Numbered from the stretch's first letter, positions 1-10,172 are shown. The stretch is 32,000 bases of DNA from Geobacter sulfurreducens PCA (GCF_000007985.2 NC_002939.5:2070001-2102000), one strand, 5' to 3'. Made by a program: numbers and translations. The notes: generated from the sequence alone by a model not told the origin.

Positions 1-411
1 CGGTACGGCATCGGCAGGTGCGGCGGCGAACCCGACGCGCCGCAGCACCGGAATATCGATCACATCATCACCCACAAAGGCGACCTGTGAGTCCTCCAGG
101 CCGGTGGCGGCGAGAATCTCCCCGTACGGTGTCAGCTTGTCGATGGCTTTTTGATAGAGTATCGGGATATCCAGCTCAGCAGCCCGGTTGGCAACCACCA
201 CCGACTGGCGACCCGAAATGATCCCCACCTGGATACCGGCCCGCTGAATCATCTTGATGCCGTGACCGTCCTTGACATTGAAGAACTTGCTCTCAACTCC
301 ATTGGAGTCGAAGATGATCCGGCCATCGGTCATGACGCCGTCCACATCGAGCAACAGCAACTTGATCCCGGCAAGGCGTCCGTCCATGAGTTCCTTTTCC
401 CCGGCGGTCAT
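1..411 (-). CDS. kdsC: 3-deoxy-D-manno-octulosonate 8-phosphate phosphatase (HAD-IIIA), 3' end cut by window edge
   Basis: My own minus-strand translation from the ATG at 409-411 gives MTAGEKELMDGRLAGIKLLLLDVDGVMTDGRIIFDSNGVESKFFNVKDGHGIKM...FVGDDVIDIPVLRRVGFAAAPADAVP. It carries the HAD motifs DVDGV and GDDxxD. The frame stays open to position 1, so it is missing from the ORF track. Its start overlaps the kdsD stop as ATGA at 408-411. Confidence 0.85.
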   Translation of the reverse strand, partial: MTAGEKELMDGRLAGIKLLLLDVDGVMTDGRIIFDSNGVESKFFNVKDGHGIKMIQRAGIQVGIISGRQSVVVANRAAELDIPILYQKAIDKLTPYGEILAATGLEDSQVAFVGDDVIDIPVLRRVGFAAAPADAVP

Positions 412-1373
412 GCCAACCCCGCCCGCAACAGGTCATGGAGATGAATGACTCCCACCGGCCGGTTGTCGGCCGTATCGTCAAAAACGAACAGAGACGTTAT
501 GGAGTGGGACTCCATTACCTGGAGAGCCTTGGCTGCCAACTCAGAGCGATTGATTCTCTTGGGATTGCGGGTCATGATCTCTCCGGCGGGCTGATTCAGG
601 ATATCGACGCCTTTACCGAGAGAGCGCCGCAGATCGCCGTCGGTGACCACCCCAACCAGTGCGCCGTCTTCCGCGCAAACACCTGTAATACCTAGCCCTT
701 TGGCCGTAATGACAAACAGGGCATCACGAATCGGCGTGGCGGAGCCCACCAACGGCACGGCGTCGCCCGAATGCATCAGGTCCCCCACCGTGAGGAGGAG
801 TTTCTTCCCCAGGGAGCCGCCCGGATGGAACAGGGCAAAATCTTCGGGCCTGAACCCGCGCTCGATGAGAAGAGCCACTGCAAGGGCATCACCCATGGCA
901 AGGGTTGCAGTGGTGGATGCGGTGGGAGCCAGGCCGAGGGGGCAGGCTTCCTCGGTCACCGAAATATCGAGAAACACGTCGCCGGCCTTGGCAAGCGTGG
1001 ATGAGGGGTTGCCCGACATGGAGACGAGAGTCGCGCCGAGCCGCTTGATGATCGGGAGGATGCGTACCACCTCTTCGGTTTCGCCGCTGTTGGAGATGGC
1101 GATGACCACATCCCCTTTCATGATCATCCCCAGGTCGCCATGGACCCCCTCCGCCGGGTGGAGGAACAGGGCCGGCGTGCCGGTGGACGCCATGGTTGAG
1201 GCTATTTTTTGGCCGATAAGCCCTGACTTTCCCATACCGGTAACGACAACCCGTCCACGGGTGCCGAGAATGAGGCGCACCGCCTTTTCAAACTCGCCGT
1301 CGATGGTATCGGCAAGGCGTGTGAGTGCTTCTGCTTCAATTCGTATGACTTTTCGTGCTTCTTCGAGAATCAT
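408..1373 (-). CDS. kdsD: Arabinose-5-phosphate isomerase (SIS domain plus tandem CBS domains)
   Basis: 321-aa ORF with the SIS motif VVVTGMGKSGLIG and a C-terminal CBS pair. It sits between kdsA and kdsC, the usual Kdo pathway context. Confidence 0.92.
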   Translation of the reverse strand: MILEEARKVIRIEAEALTRLADTIDGEFEKAVRLILGTRGRVVVTGMGKSGLIGQKIASTMASTGTPALFLHPAEGVHGDLGMIMKGDVVIAISNSGETEEVVRILPIIKRLGATLVSMSGNPSSTLAKAGDVFLDISVTEEACPLGLAPTASTTATLAMGDALAVALLIERGFRPEDFALFHPGGSLGKKLLLTVGDLMHSGDAVPLVGSATPIRDALFVITAKGLGITGVCAEDGALVGVVTDGDLRRSLGKGVDILNQPAGEIMTRNPKRINRSELAAKALQVMESHSITSLFVFDDTADNRPVGVIHLHDLLRAGLA

Positions 1374-1415
1374 TATGCTTCCGTTTCAGTAACCGGCCAC
1401 TGACTGGCCCGGGAT

Positions 1416-2234
1416 CTATTTTACGATGGCGTCTATTGCCTTCAGCTTCTTGAGCAGTGCGGGCAGGTCATCGAGCTTCACCGAGTTGGGGCCGTCGCAC
1501 AGGGCCTTTTCGGGGTCTTCGTGGACTTCCATGAAGATGCCGTCGATGCCGGTGGCGACCGCGGCCCGGGACAAGTACTCCACAAACTCGCGCTGACCGC
1601 CGGACGAACCGCCCTGGCCGCCGGGCAGTTGAACGCTGTGGGTGGCGTCGAAGACCACCGGGAAGCCGATGCGGCGCATGATGGGAAGACTCCGCATGTC
1701 GGAAACGAGATTGTTGTAGCCGAATGTTACCCCGCGCTCCGTCAGGATGATACGCTCATTGCCGGTTGACAGAATCTTGCCGACGACGTTCTCCATGTCC
1801 CATGGGGCCATGAACTGGCCCTTCTTGACATTAACCACCCGATTGGTCCGGCCGACTTCCACCACCAGGTCGGTCTGGCGGCAGAGAAACGCGGGAACCT
1901 GAATGATGTCGAGCACCTCGGCAGCCGGCTTTACCTGCTCGATTGAGTGGATGTCCGAGATGACAGGGATGCCGAGGGAGTCTTTCACCTTCTGGAGAAT
2001 GCGCAACCCCTCCTGCATGCCTGGGCCGCGAAACGAGGTAACCGACGTGCGATTCGCCTTGTCATAGGATGCCTTGAAGACAAGCGACACGGATACGCCG
2101 TTGCAGATGGTCATTAGGCGCTCGGCGCAACGCAGGGTTGCCGCCTCATTTTCGATCACACAGGGGCCGGCGATGAGCACCAGCGGTCGGTCGCCACCAA
2201 TCTTTACGGAACCTATGGTAATTTCCCTGGTCAT
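1416..2234 (-). CDS. kdsA: 2-dehydro-3-deoxyphosphooctonate aldolase (KDO-8-P synthase)
   Basis: 272-aa ORF with KASYDKANR and FDATHSVQLPGG motifs typical of KdsA. ATG at 2232-2234. Confidence 0.95.
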   Translation of the reverse strand: MTREITIGSVKIGGDRPLVLIAGPCVIENEAATLRCAERLMTICNGVSVSLVFKASYDKANRTSVTSFRGPGMQEGLRILQKVKDSLGIPVISDIHSIEQVKPAAEVLDIIQVPAFLCRQTDLVVEVGRTNRVVNVKKGQFMAPWDMENVVGKILSTGNERIILTERGVTFGYNNLVSDMRSLPIMRRIGFPVVFDATHSVQLPGGQGGSSGGQREFVEYLSRAAVATGIDGIFMEVHEDPEKALCDGPNSVKLDDLPALLKKLKAIDAIVK

Positions 2235-2268
2235 GCAAACCTCTTATCTGTGGGGATAGGCTGACAGC

Positions 2269-3897
<1,629 letters not shown>

Positions 3898-4650
3898 TTA
3901 TTTCAACTTTTCGAGAACCTTTTCCAGGTCGTTGGGGGTGTCGACGCCGATCGACTCGTGCGCTGTTTCAACCACCCTGATCCGGCAGCCGTTCTCCAGC
4001 GCCCGGAGCTGTTCGAGTTTTTCCGCCAACTCGAGGGCGGTGGGTGGCATTTTTGCGAACTCCATAAGGAAATCGCGTCGATAGACATAGAGCCCCACAT
4101 GCTTGTAGCAGAGCAGCCGCCCCGATGCAAAGGACTCGTCTTTCAAGTCATTCCACTTGTCCCTGAAAAAAGGAAGCGGCGAACGGGAGAAGTAGAGCGC
4201 ATACCCCTCCAGATCAGTCACAACCTTCACGACGTTGGGACTCAGAAAGTCGTGGAGCGTCCGGATGCGGCTCTTGAGGGTACCCATGCGAACGGCAGGA
4301 TTCTCCGCAAGCGGAGCAATCGCCTCGTCGATCATGGCGGGCTCAATGAGCGGTTCATCACCCTGCACGTTCACGATGATCTCGGCCCCGATGCGCGAGG
4401 CCACCTCGGCGAGACGATCCGTTCCCGTCTCGTGGTCCCGGGAGGTCATTTCGACCCTGCCGCCGAAGCCGCGGACCGCCTGGGCGATCCGGTCATCATC
4501 CGTTGCCACGACAACCTCAGACACAAGACGTGCCCGGGCGGTACGCTCATACACATGCTGAACCATCGGCTTGCCCGCAATGTCGGCCAGAGCCTTGCCG
4601 GGAAAGCGGGTCGACGCGAAACGGGCGGGGATTATGGCGGTGATGTTCAT
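3898..4650 (-). CDS. kdsB: 3-deoxy-manno-octulosonate cytidylyltransferase (CMP-KDO synthetase)
   Basis: [21 protein letters not shown] matches the KdsB N-terminus. An alternative ATG lies 4 codons upstream at 4662. Confidence 0.92.
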   Translation of the reverse strand: MNITAIIPARFASTRFPGKALADIAGKPMVQHVYERTARARLVSEVVVATDDDRIAQAVRGFGGRVEMTSRDHETGTDRLAEVASRIGAEIIVNVQGDEPLIEPAMIDEAIAPLAENPAVRMGTLKSRIRTLHDFLSPNVVKVVTDLEGYALYFSRSPLPFFRDKWNDLKDESFASGRLLCYKHVGLYVYRRDFLMEFAKMPPTALELAEKLEQLRALENGCRIRVVETAHESIGVDTPNDLEKVLEKLK

Positions 4651-4922
4651 ACGAAGTCCCATTCACATACTGCACTCGCCCTGAACGGCATGCGCGAACG
4701 CCACGCACCCTGTGGGGGCGAAACGTGCAACTGGTTGAAATGACGTTACCGACGAGATTAACCGAGTGAAGGCAAGAGATGTACTGCAGAGTGCGTCCCT
4801 TCCGGCAGGTGGGACGTACTACGCTACCGCAAAGGCAGGGACGTGTCAAGGAGTGAAATGCGTTGCCCGGGGCGCATCAGCTCTGATAGAGTGCCGTCAT
4901 CCCCCTCATGCGGAGACCGGTC

Positions 4923-5747
4923 ATGCCCCCCACAACCATCGGCCTCATTGCTGCCATGCCGGACGAAACCCGCCCCCTGCTGCGTCGTTTGCGTGGGGCA
5001 ACATTGCTTGCACAACAGCCCTTTCCCCTCTGGCGCGCACAGGTGGGTGATGCGGATATCTGGCTGGCCCAGTCGGGCATGGGGCCGAAGCGGGCAGAAT
5101 CTGTTGCGGAACGGTTTGCCGAGGTAGCCTCACCCGATGTTATGGTTTCATTCGGATTCGGAGGCGGCGTGCTGCCGGGATTGTCGGTCGGCGACCTGGT
5201 AATGGGAACCTGGTGTCTGCACTATGACGGAAGGGATTTCACCCTTGTAGCCGGGATAGACGCCCCCCTCGCTTGCAGTGTCATGAAGGCCCTGGCACAG
5301 CGCACCTCCCTCGCGGTGACCGCCGGCACCGTCATCACCTCCGGGGCAATCCTCGCCAAACATCTTGTCGCGCCGCTTATTCCGGCCGCGGTAACATCAC
5401 CGGTGCTTGACATGGAAACAGCCGCCGTGGCCAGCATTTCCGCGCAACGCGGTATCCCGCTCCTGGCACTGCGGGCCATTACCGACGATGCGGCAGAAGA
5501 GTTCGGCTTTTCACTGGACGAATTTACCGATGCCGAGCTGAATATCAAGCCGTACCGGGTCGTGACCACCTTGCTCCGAAAGCCTTGGATCATGCCGCAG
5601 CTCATAAGACTAGCGCGCTCGTCGAAGCGGGCCGGCGAACTGCTGGCCTCGGCCGTCATCGAACTCGTCGAGGTGCTGCCTGCCACAACCCGCTGTACCC
5701 CCTCCTACTCTTTTGCGCAGCGGCCCGAGACGGCGGACCAGGGATAA
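4923..5747 (+). CDS. Nucleoside phosphorylase/nucleosidase superfamily protein (PNP_UDP_1-like; possibly MTA/SAH-nucleosidase- or hopanoid-associated HpnG-like)
   Basis: N-terminal IGLIAAMPDE, SFGFGGG, and LDMETAAVA (the M-E-x-A-A motif of MtnN-type enzymes). GGAG lies 7 nt before the ATG at 4923. The ORF-track ATG at 4908 has no SD. The subfamily cannot be assigned without a search. Confidence 0.7.
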   Translation: MPPTTIGLIAAMPDETRPLLRRLRGATLLAQQPFPLWRAQVGDADIWLAQSGMGPKRAESVAERFAEVASPDVMVSFGFGGGVLPGLSVGDLVMGTWCLHYDGRDFTLVAGIDAPLACSVMKALAQRTSLAVTAGTVITSGAILAKHLVAPLIPAAVTSPVLDMETAAVASISAQRGIPLLALRAITDDAAEEFGFSLDEFTDAELNIKPYRVVTTLLRKPWIMPQLIRLARSSKRAGELLASAVIELVEVLPATTRCTPSYSFAQRPETADQG

Positions 5748-6577
5748 TCCCGCAGATGTTCGGCCAGTTCCTCCTTCCGGTAGCGGTTGGTTCGGCGCAC
5801 AATAGTAACAATCGCTATGGAGCCCGCCAGGACGTAGATGAGTATCCCGGTCAGTGCCATGAGGTGCTCACCGAGCCAAAGGGTCACTGCCAGATTGAAG
5901 ACGAGCACCGACAGATAGAGAATCGGCCCGTAGAGTGAACGCAGGGGCGGATTGGCCACCCCTGCGGGCTTCCCGTCCTTTCCTTCGCACCACAGATCGA
6001 TCCGCTGCAGGACAAACACCATGATCACGCTCACGACCCACCATCCCACGTAGTTCGAGATCGGAACACCAAAATGGATACCGGGCTCCCGGTATCCGTA
6101 AATCTGGCCCAGGAACCACCGATATCCCTGAAGGGCCACCGGATCAATAATAATGTCGAGAAAGACCTGAAACAGGGCGCCGAGAAAGAGAACGGCAAAG
6201 GATCCCCTGATGGACCGTGATTCGAGCGTCACGAGATCCCACCGCCACGCCTTGATCGGCGACACCACGAACAGGGCGGTGGCATAGCTGCAGTAAGCGA
6301 GAAACACGTAGGAAAGGGAGTCGAAAAATGGTACCCCGGCGATCCACAACTCCCGGTCGCGGGTCGTATCGATGTAGTAGTACCAGCCGTAGGGTATTCC
6401 CGTATTGATTGAACTGAACTCGGACGCGAAGGAAATCAGATAACCGGCCGCGGTGAACAGCAGGGTCTTGCGCCAGCCGAGGTGCGGCACCGCCGCCACC
6501 AGGTACGCTGCAAAAAAGGCAAATACGTAGGGCCGCATGGTCACGGTTCCCACCGCGATCCGTAGAACGTCTTCCAT
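5705..6577 (-). CDS. Polytopic integral membrane protein, possibly PF04240/DUF422 'carotenoid biosynthesis protein'-like
   Basis: About 8 hydrophobic segments, with motifs GIPYGWYYY and HFGVPISNYVGWW. AGGAGGA lies just upstream of the ATG at 6575-6577. The ORF-track start at 6610 has no SD. The family assignment is from memory only. Confidence 0.6.
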   Translation of the reverse strand: MEDVLRIAVGTVTMRPYVFAFFAAYLVAAVPHLGWRKTLLFTAAGYLISFASEFSSINTGIPYGWYYYIDTTRDRELWIAGVPFFDSLSYVFLAYCSYATALFVVSPIKAWRWDLVTLESRSIRGSFAVLFLGALFQVFLDIIIDPVALQGYRWFLGQIYGYREPGIHFGVPISNYVGWWVVSVIMVFVLQRIDLWCEGKDGKPAGVANPPLRSLYGPILYLSVLVFNLAVTLWLGEHLMALTGILIYVLAGSIAIVTIVRRTNRYRKEELAEHLRDYPWSAVSGRCAKE

Positions 6578-6587
6578 ACATCCTCCT

Positions 6588-6624
6588 GACGAACAAACGC
6601 GGAGCCGCACCAGACGGCTCCGCG
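6588..6624 (-). terminator. Hairpin plus T-rich tail downstream of mlaD (terminator or attenuator)
   Basis: Perfect 10-bp GC-rich stem (6598-6607 pairing with 6615-6624) and a 7-nt loop. On the minus strand it is followed by TTTGTTCGTC. The T tract is weak. Confidence 0.45.
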
Positions 6625-6660
6625 CACAAATAGTTACAGCATTGCTTCAGCTGTTACCTG

Positions 6661-7710
6661 TTAAAACAGCGTACCGACAACACTTCCAAGCACCGAAATC
6701 GGCCCCGAATCGGAGAGCCCGTCGGCTGCCTTGTCCAGTTTCTTCATGGCTGCGGCTGTATCACGGTAGAGCTTGTCGTCGTTCACCAGCTTGCCAAGGG
6801 TGCCCTGCCCTTCGTTGATTTTGCGCGCCACGTCACTGATGTTTTTGGATGCGTCACGCAGCTCGTTATAGAGAGCCTCGTCATGAACGAGTTTGCCGAC
6901 GCTCCCCTCACCCTTGTTGATCTTGGCGGCGATTTCCTTGATATCTTTTGCGCCCGCGTTCAACTCAGCCAACGCTCCCTTAGCTTCGACATACAGAGCA
7001 TCCTCGTTTACCAGCTTGCCCAGCGAACCCTCGCCACGCTCTATCTTCCCGGTGACGGTCTTAAGGCTCGTGGCAAGCTCATTGGTGTTTTGATAGAGGG
7101 CCTTGTCATTCAGCAGCATTGCAAGCGAGCCTTCGCCACGGTCCATCTTTGCGGTGATACTGTTGAGATTCTGGACCGCCCCCTTGAGGTTCCCCCTGTT
7201 CTCGTCGAGCATGGTCGAGATTTTTCCCAGGACCTCGTTCTGGTTGGTGTTCAGATCATTGAGGAACGTCCGCGCGTCCTTGGTCAGGTCGCTCACGTTG
7301 TCGACAATGATGTCGATATTGGCAATTTCCCGGCTCTTCACCTCAGAGCCCGGGGCAAGGATGTCGGCGGTCTGGGTACCAAAGGAAATCCCCAGAAACT
7401 GTCCCCCCAGAAGGTTCGTAAGCCGGATGGTCGCCACCGAGTCGGTTTTGATCCGGGTCCCGGGTTTGACCTCGAAACCGACCTTCACTCTGCCGTCCTC
7501 GATATCGATCCGGGTAATCTTCCCGACCTCAACGCCAGCCAGCCGAACAGGGTCTCCCACCTTGAGGCCGGTGGTGCTCGAAAGATAGGTCACATAGGGA
7601 AGGTTCTTCTCAAAGGGGTTCCACCGCTCGCCCAATTCGAGCATCACCCCCAGGACCACCAATCCGGCCATGAAGAAAAAACCCACCTTCTTTTCAGTCG
7701 ACAACGCCAT
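6661..7710 (-). CDS. mlaD: MCE-domain protein (MlaD-like periplasmic component of a lipid ABC transporter) with a repeat-rich C-terminal extension
   Basis: N-terminal TM anchor FFFMAGLVVLGVML followed by an MCE domain (GLKVGDPVRLAGVEVGKITRIDI...). It lies immediately downstream of mlaE. Confidence 0.88.
   Translation of the reverse strand: MALSTEKKVGFFFMAGLVVLGVMLELGERWNPFEKNLPYVTYLSSTTGLKVGDPVRLAGVEVGKITRIDIEDGRVKVGFEVKPGTRIKTDSVATIRLTNLLGGQFLGISFGTQTADILAPGSEVKSREIANIDIIVDNVSDLTKDARTFLNDLNTNQNEVLGKISTMLDENRGNLKGAVQNLNSITAKMDRGEGSLAMLLNDKALYQNTNELATSLKTVTGKIERGEGSLGKLVNEDALYVEAKGALAELNAGAKDIKEIAAKINKGEGSVGKLVHDEALYNELRDASKNISDVARKINEGQGTLGKLVNDDKLYRDTAAAMKKLDKAADGLSDSGPISVLGSVVGTLF
6766..7161 (-). 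repeat. Four tandem protein-level repeats (34-41 aa period) inside mlaD
   Basis: The four copies are MDRGEGSLAMLLNDKALY, IERGEGSLGKLVNEDALY, INKGEGSVGKLVHDEALY and INEGQGTLGKLVNDDKLY, spanning about aa 184-315. Confidence 0.85.
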
Positions 7711-7755
7711 GAACTCTCCTCCCCATCACCCGACAGGCCGTACTACTCATCTTAG

Positions 7756-8529
7756 TTACATCAGAATCCTGGTGAGGAAATAATCGGCCACCAGAATCAA
7801 CATGAACGACAAGACCACGGCCCGGGTCGTTGCCTGCGCGATGCCCCGGGCGCCACCGCTGGTCTTGAATCCCGTATAACAGGCAACGAGCGCGATAATC
7901 CCGCCGAAAACCGTTGCCTTCACCAGGCCAGCCCCCACCTCCTTCAGCTTGAGGGCCGTCTTGAGACTATCGTAATACGTCGAGTAGGAAATGAATATCT
8001 TCGGATGGAGATGGCTCATGATGGCCCCCCCCACAATCCCGACGGCATTGGCGAAGATGACCAGAGCCGGTACGCACACCAGGCAGGCTATAAGCCGCGG
8101 CATGGCCAGGTAGCGCACGGGGTTGATATCGAGGGTCTTGAGTGCATCGATCTCCTCATAGACCTTCATCACGCCTATCTCCGCCGCCATGGCCGAACCA
8201 ACCCGGCCGGCAACGAGAAAGCTGGTCATGACCGGTCCCAGCTCGCGTACCATGGAAAGCCCCACGATACCGCCGATGATGTTCTGGGTTCCGTATTTCT
8301 GAAGTTCGACACCGGTCTGGAGCGCCAAGACCATCCCCACGAAAAAGGCCATGACCGACGCAATAGGCACAGTCTCATAACCAATGATCGCCATCTGGTT
8401 GAAAATGCTCGGCAGGTTCCGGGGAGCCTCCCGGAAAAACCATACCGTTCTGCCGAGCAGCATCAGCATTTCACCCAATACTTCGTGAAAGGACAGAACT
8501 TTCTTGCCAACTCGATCAAACATGCCCAT
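7756..8529 (-). CDS. mlaE: MlaE-family ABC transporter permease
   Basis: 257-aa ORF with RELGPVMTSFLVAGRVGSAMAAEIGVMKVYEEIDALKTLDINPVRYL, typical of the MlaE/YrbE/Ttg2B family. Its ATG overlaps the upstream stop as TGATG at 8527-8531. Confidence 0.9.
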   Translation of the reverse strand: MGMFDRVGKKVLSFHEVLGEMLMLLGRTVWFFREAPRNLPSIFNQMAIIGYETVPIASVMAFFVGMVLALQTGVELQKYGTQNIIGGIVGLSMVRELGPVMTSFLVAGRVGSAMAAEIGVMKVYEEIDALKTLDINPVRYLAMPRLIACLVCVPALVIFANAVGIVGGAIMSHLHPKIFISYSTYYDSLKTALKLKEVGAGLVKATVFGGIIALVACYTGFKTSGGARGIAQATTRAVVLSFMLILVADYFLTRILM

Positions 8530-10052
8530 CAGGGTTCACACCTCGCCTCGATACGAGTTTCGCCGGGAGGCGCCACTCCCCGTACCTCGTGGCTGTTTCC
8601 CGTCCATTCCAGGTCGAAGGGCAACCAGAACAGACGGAGCATCCTCTTGTCGCCAGACGAACGGTAACGCACGAAACCTTTCAGGATCGACACGTCGGAA
8701 CCTTCGCCCTGGGTGCGGTACGCGAGAAGCGGAAAAACCTCATATGCCACGTCATTGCCCCTTTTCTCATGCCAGTAAAGGTTCCAGAGAAAGGAAACAG
8801 CCGAATCGCCGCCATCGTTCCACTTCTGGATATAGAGACGCCAGAGTGGCGCCCAGTTCTGCTCGATGCCCTCGCGTGGCGTCAGTGGCTCCAGCGGAGC
8901 TGGGAAGCTGAAACTCTTCACCCCCCGCTCGTTGCGGTGGAACGTGAACAGCGGCCAGAGTGCCGTAGTTCTTCGCTCCGCGCCATCAATCGGCCATCGT
9001 TCGATGCTGTCGGAGTAAAGGAAAAACAGAAGGCGGTCCCGATCGCGGCAGTAGGTGTCCGATGTGATCTCGTCATGATTGAACAATGGCCAGAGATACC
9101 ACTGCTTAGCCGACTCCCTGGTCTGTTCGCGTGAATAAAACGGCAAAAAGCGATCGACTTCCCGCTTCTCCCCCCGGGCGGTCATGATCAAGGGCCACAG
9201 ATAATAGCGTTCCTCCTGACCGGTCGCGTGATCGCTGGACCATCCGGTAAAGGGCCAGAGATACGAGCGCGACGATAGCCGGGGCGACTCCGTCGATGCG
9301 TAAAAGGGAAACATCGTGAGTCGCTCGGTCGGATTGTCCGTATCGAGACCGGTGCGCTCCTTGAGGTACAAGGGCCACAGCACGAACTGCTTATCATAGC
9401 GCCCTTCGCCGCTCGACCTGCCGTAGAGGGGCCAGAATTGCCAACCGGACTCTTCTTGTCCCTCGATGGTGGCAAAGAACGGATAGAGATAATGACGCGT
9501 CGTAGTCCCCTTTGCAACGGTTCGGCCGTACAGGGGAAAGAGCACGTAGTGTATCTCGTCCCGGAAAAGCCGATTGTACAGCGTTCCATAAAAGGGGAAA
9601 ACCGACGTGTACGTGCCGTGCTCACTGGACTCCCCCCTGATATAGAGGGGGAAAAGCATGGAAGTGTCCTCGGTCTCGCCCGGTTCATCCCTGCGGAACT
9701 CATTTACCTGAAAAAGCTGGAGCACTTGGAGATTCCACTGCTCCGGCGAACTGGTAACCGAAGCAAGGGGATAGATGATGCTCGCTCCGACGCTATCGTT
9801 CCGTTCCACGGATGTGCGATACACCAGCGGACGAATGGCCGTGACCGCCTCATCCCCCTGACGCTGTATCTTGATCAGGGGCCCGAGGATCGACAGGTTG
9901 CTGAACTCCTCGGCCGGACTTTCCCGGTAGTCAATCAGAGGCCAAAAGGTGAATATCGTTCCTTCCCTTCCGTCGCCATCGGCGGCCCGGAGCGGCGATG
10001 CCGCAACTAGGGTTACCAGGGATGCCAGAAACAGGAGACGAAAGCACTTCAC
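8529..10052 (-). CDS. Secreted repeat protein of unknown function (about 20 aromatic-Pro 'WPLY' repeats)
   Basis: 507-aa ORF with a GTG start at 10050-10052. Signal-peptide-like N-terminus MKCFRLLFLASLVTLVAASPLRA/ADG. The repeat core [LFVM][WFY]P[LF][YFIL] recurs through aa 36-483 (nt 8604-9947). I recognise no family. Confidence 0.8.
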   Translation of the reverse strand: MKCFRLLFLASLVTLVAASPLRAADGDGREGTIFTFWPLIDYRESPAEEFSNLSILGPLIKIQRQGDEAVTAIRPLVYRTSVERNDSVGASIIYPLASVTSSPEQWNLQVLQLFQVNEFRRDEPGETEDTSMLFPLYIRGESSEHGTYTSVFPFYGTLYNRLFRDEIHYVLFPLYGRTVAKGTTTRHYLYPFFATIEGQEESGWQFWPLYGRSSGEGRYDKQFVLWPLYLKERTGLDTDNPTERLTMFPFYASTESPRLSSRSYLWPFTGWSSDHATGQEERYYLWPLIMTARGEKREVDRFLPFYSREQTRESAKQWYLWPLFNHDEITSDTYCRDRDRLLFFLYSDSIERWPIDGAERRTTALWPLFTFHRNERGVKSFSFPAPLEPLTPREGIEQNWAPLWRLYIQKWNDGGDSAVSFLWNLYWHEKRGNDVAYEVFPLLAYRTQGEGSDVSILKGFVRYRSSGDKRMLRLFWLPFDLEWTGNSHEVRGVAPPGETRIEARCEP

Positions 10053-10089
10053 GTATAAACCGCCGTGTCAAAATAATGTATAGACAGCT

Positions 10090-10118
10090 TTAATACCCTT
10101 GGCAACCCGGGGAGTCAA
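10090..10118 (-). promoter_or_regulatory. Sigma70-like promoter for the repeat-protein/mlaE/mlaD operon
   Basis: On the minus strand, TTGACT (10113-10118), a 17-nt spacer, then TATTAA (10090-10095). This is about 40 nt upstream of the GTG start. Confidence 0.4.
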
Positions 10119-10144
10119 CAGAAAAGACCCCAACCCGCGCGAAC

Positions 10145-10172
10145 AGAAAAAAAGCCCGCGTGCGGCGGGCTC
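10145..10172 (-). terminator. Rho-independent terminator after leuD
   Basis: On the minus strand, stem AGCCCGC/GCGGGCT (10153-10159 pairing with 10165-10171) followed by T7 (plus-strand A-run 10147-10153). It lies about 35 nt after the leuD stop. Confidence 0.75.

Noticed and set aside
8604-9947. A periodic nucleotide motif on the plus strand (GGGCCACAG, GGGCCAGAG, GGGGCCAGAA and similar, every 60-80 nt), considered as a possible DNA repeat array or CRISPR-like structure.
   Set aside because: The spacing is irregular and the units are short and degenerate. They are simply the reverse complement of the codons for the recurring W-P-L protein motif inside a continuous 507-codon ORF.
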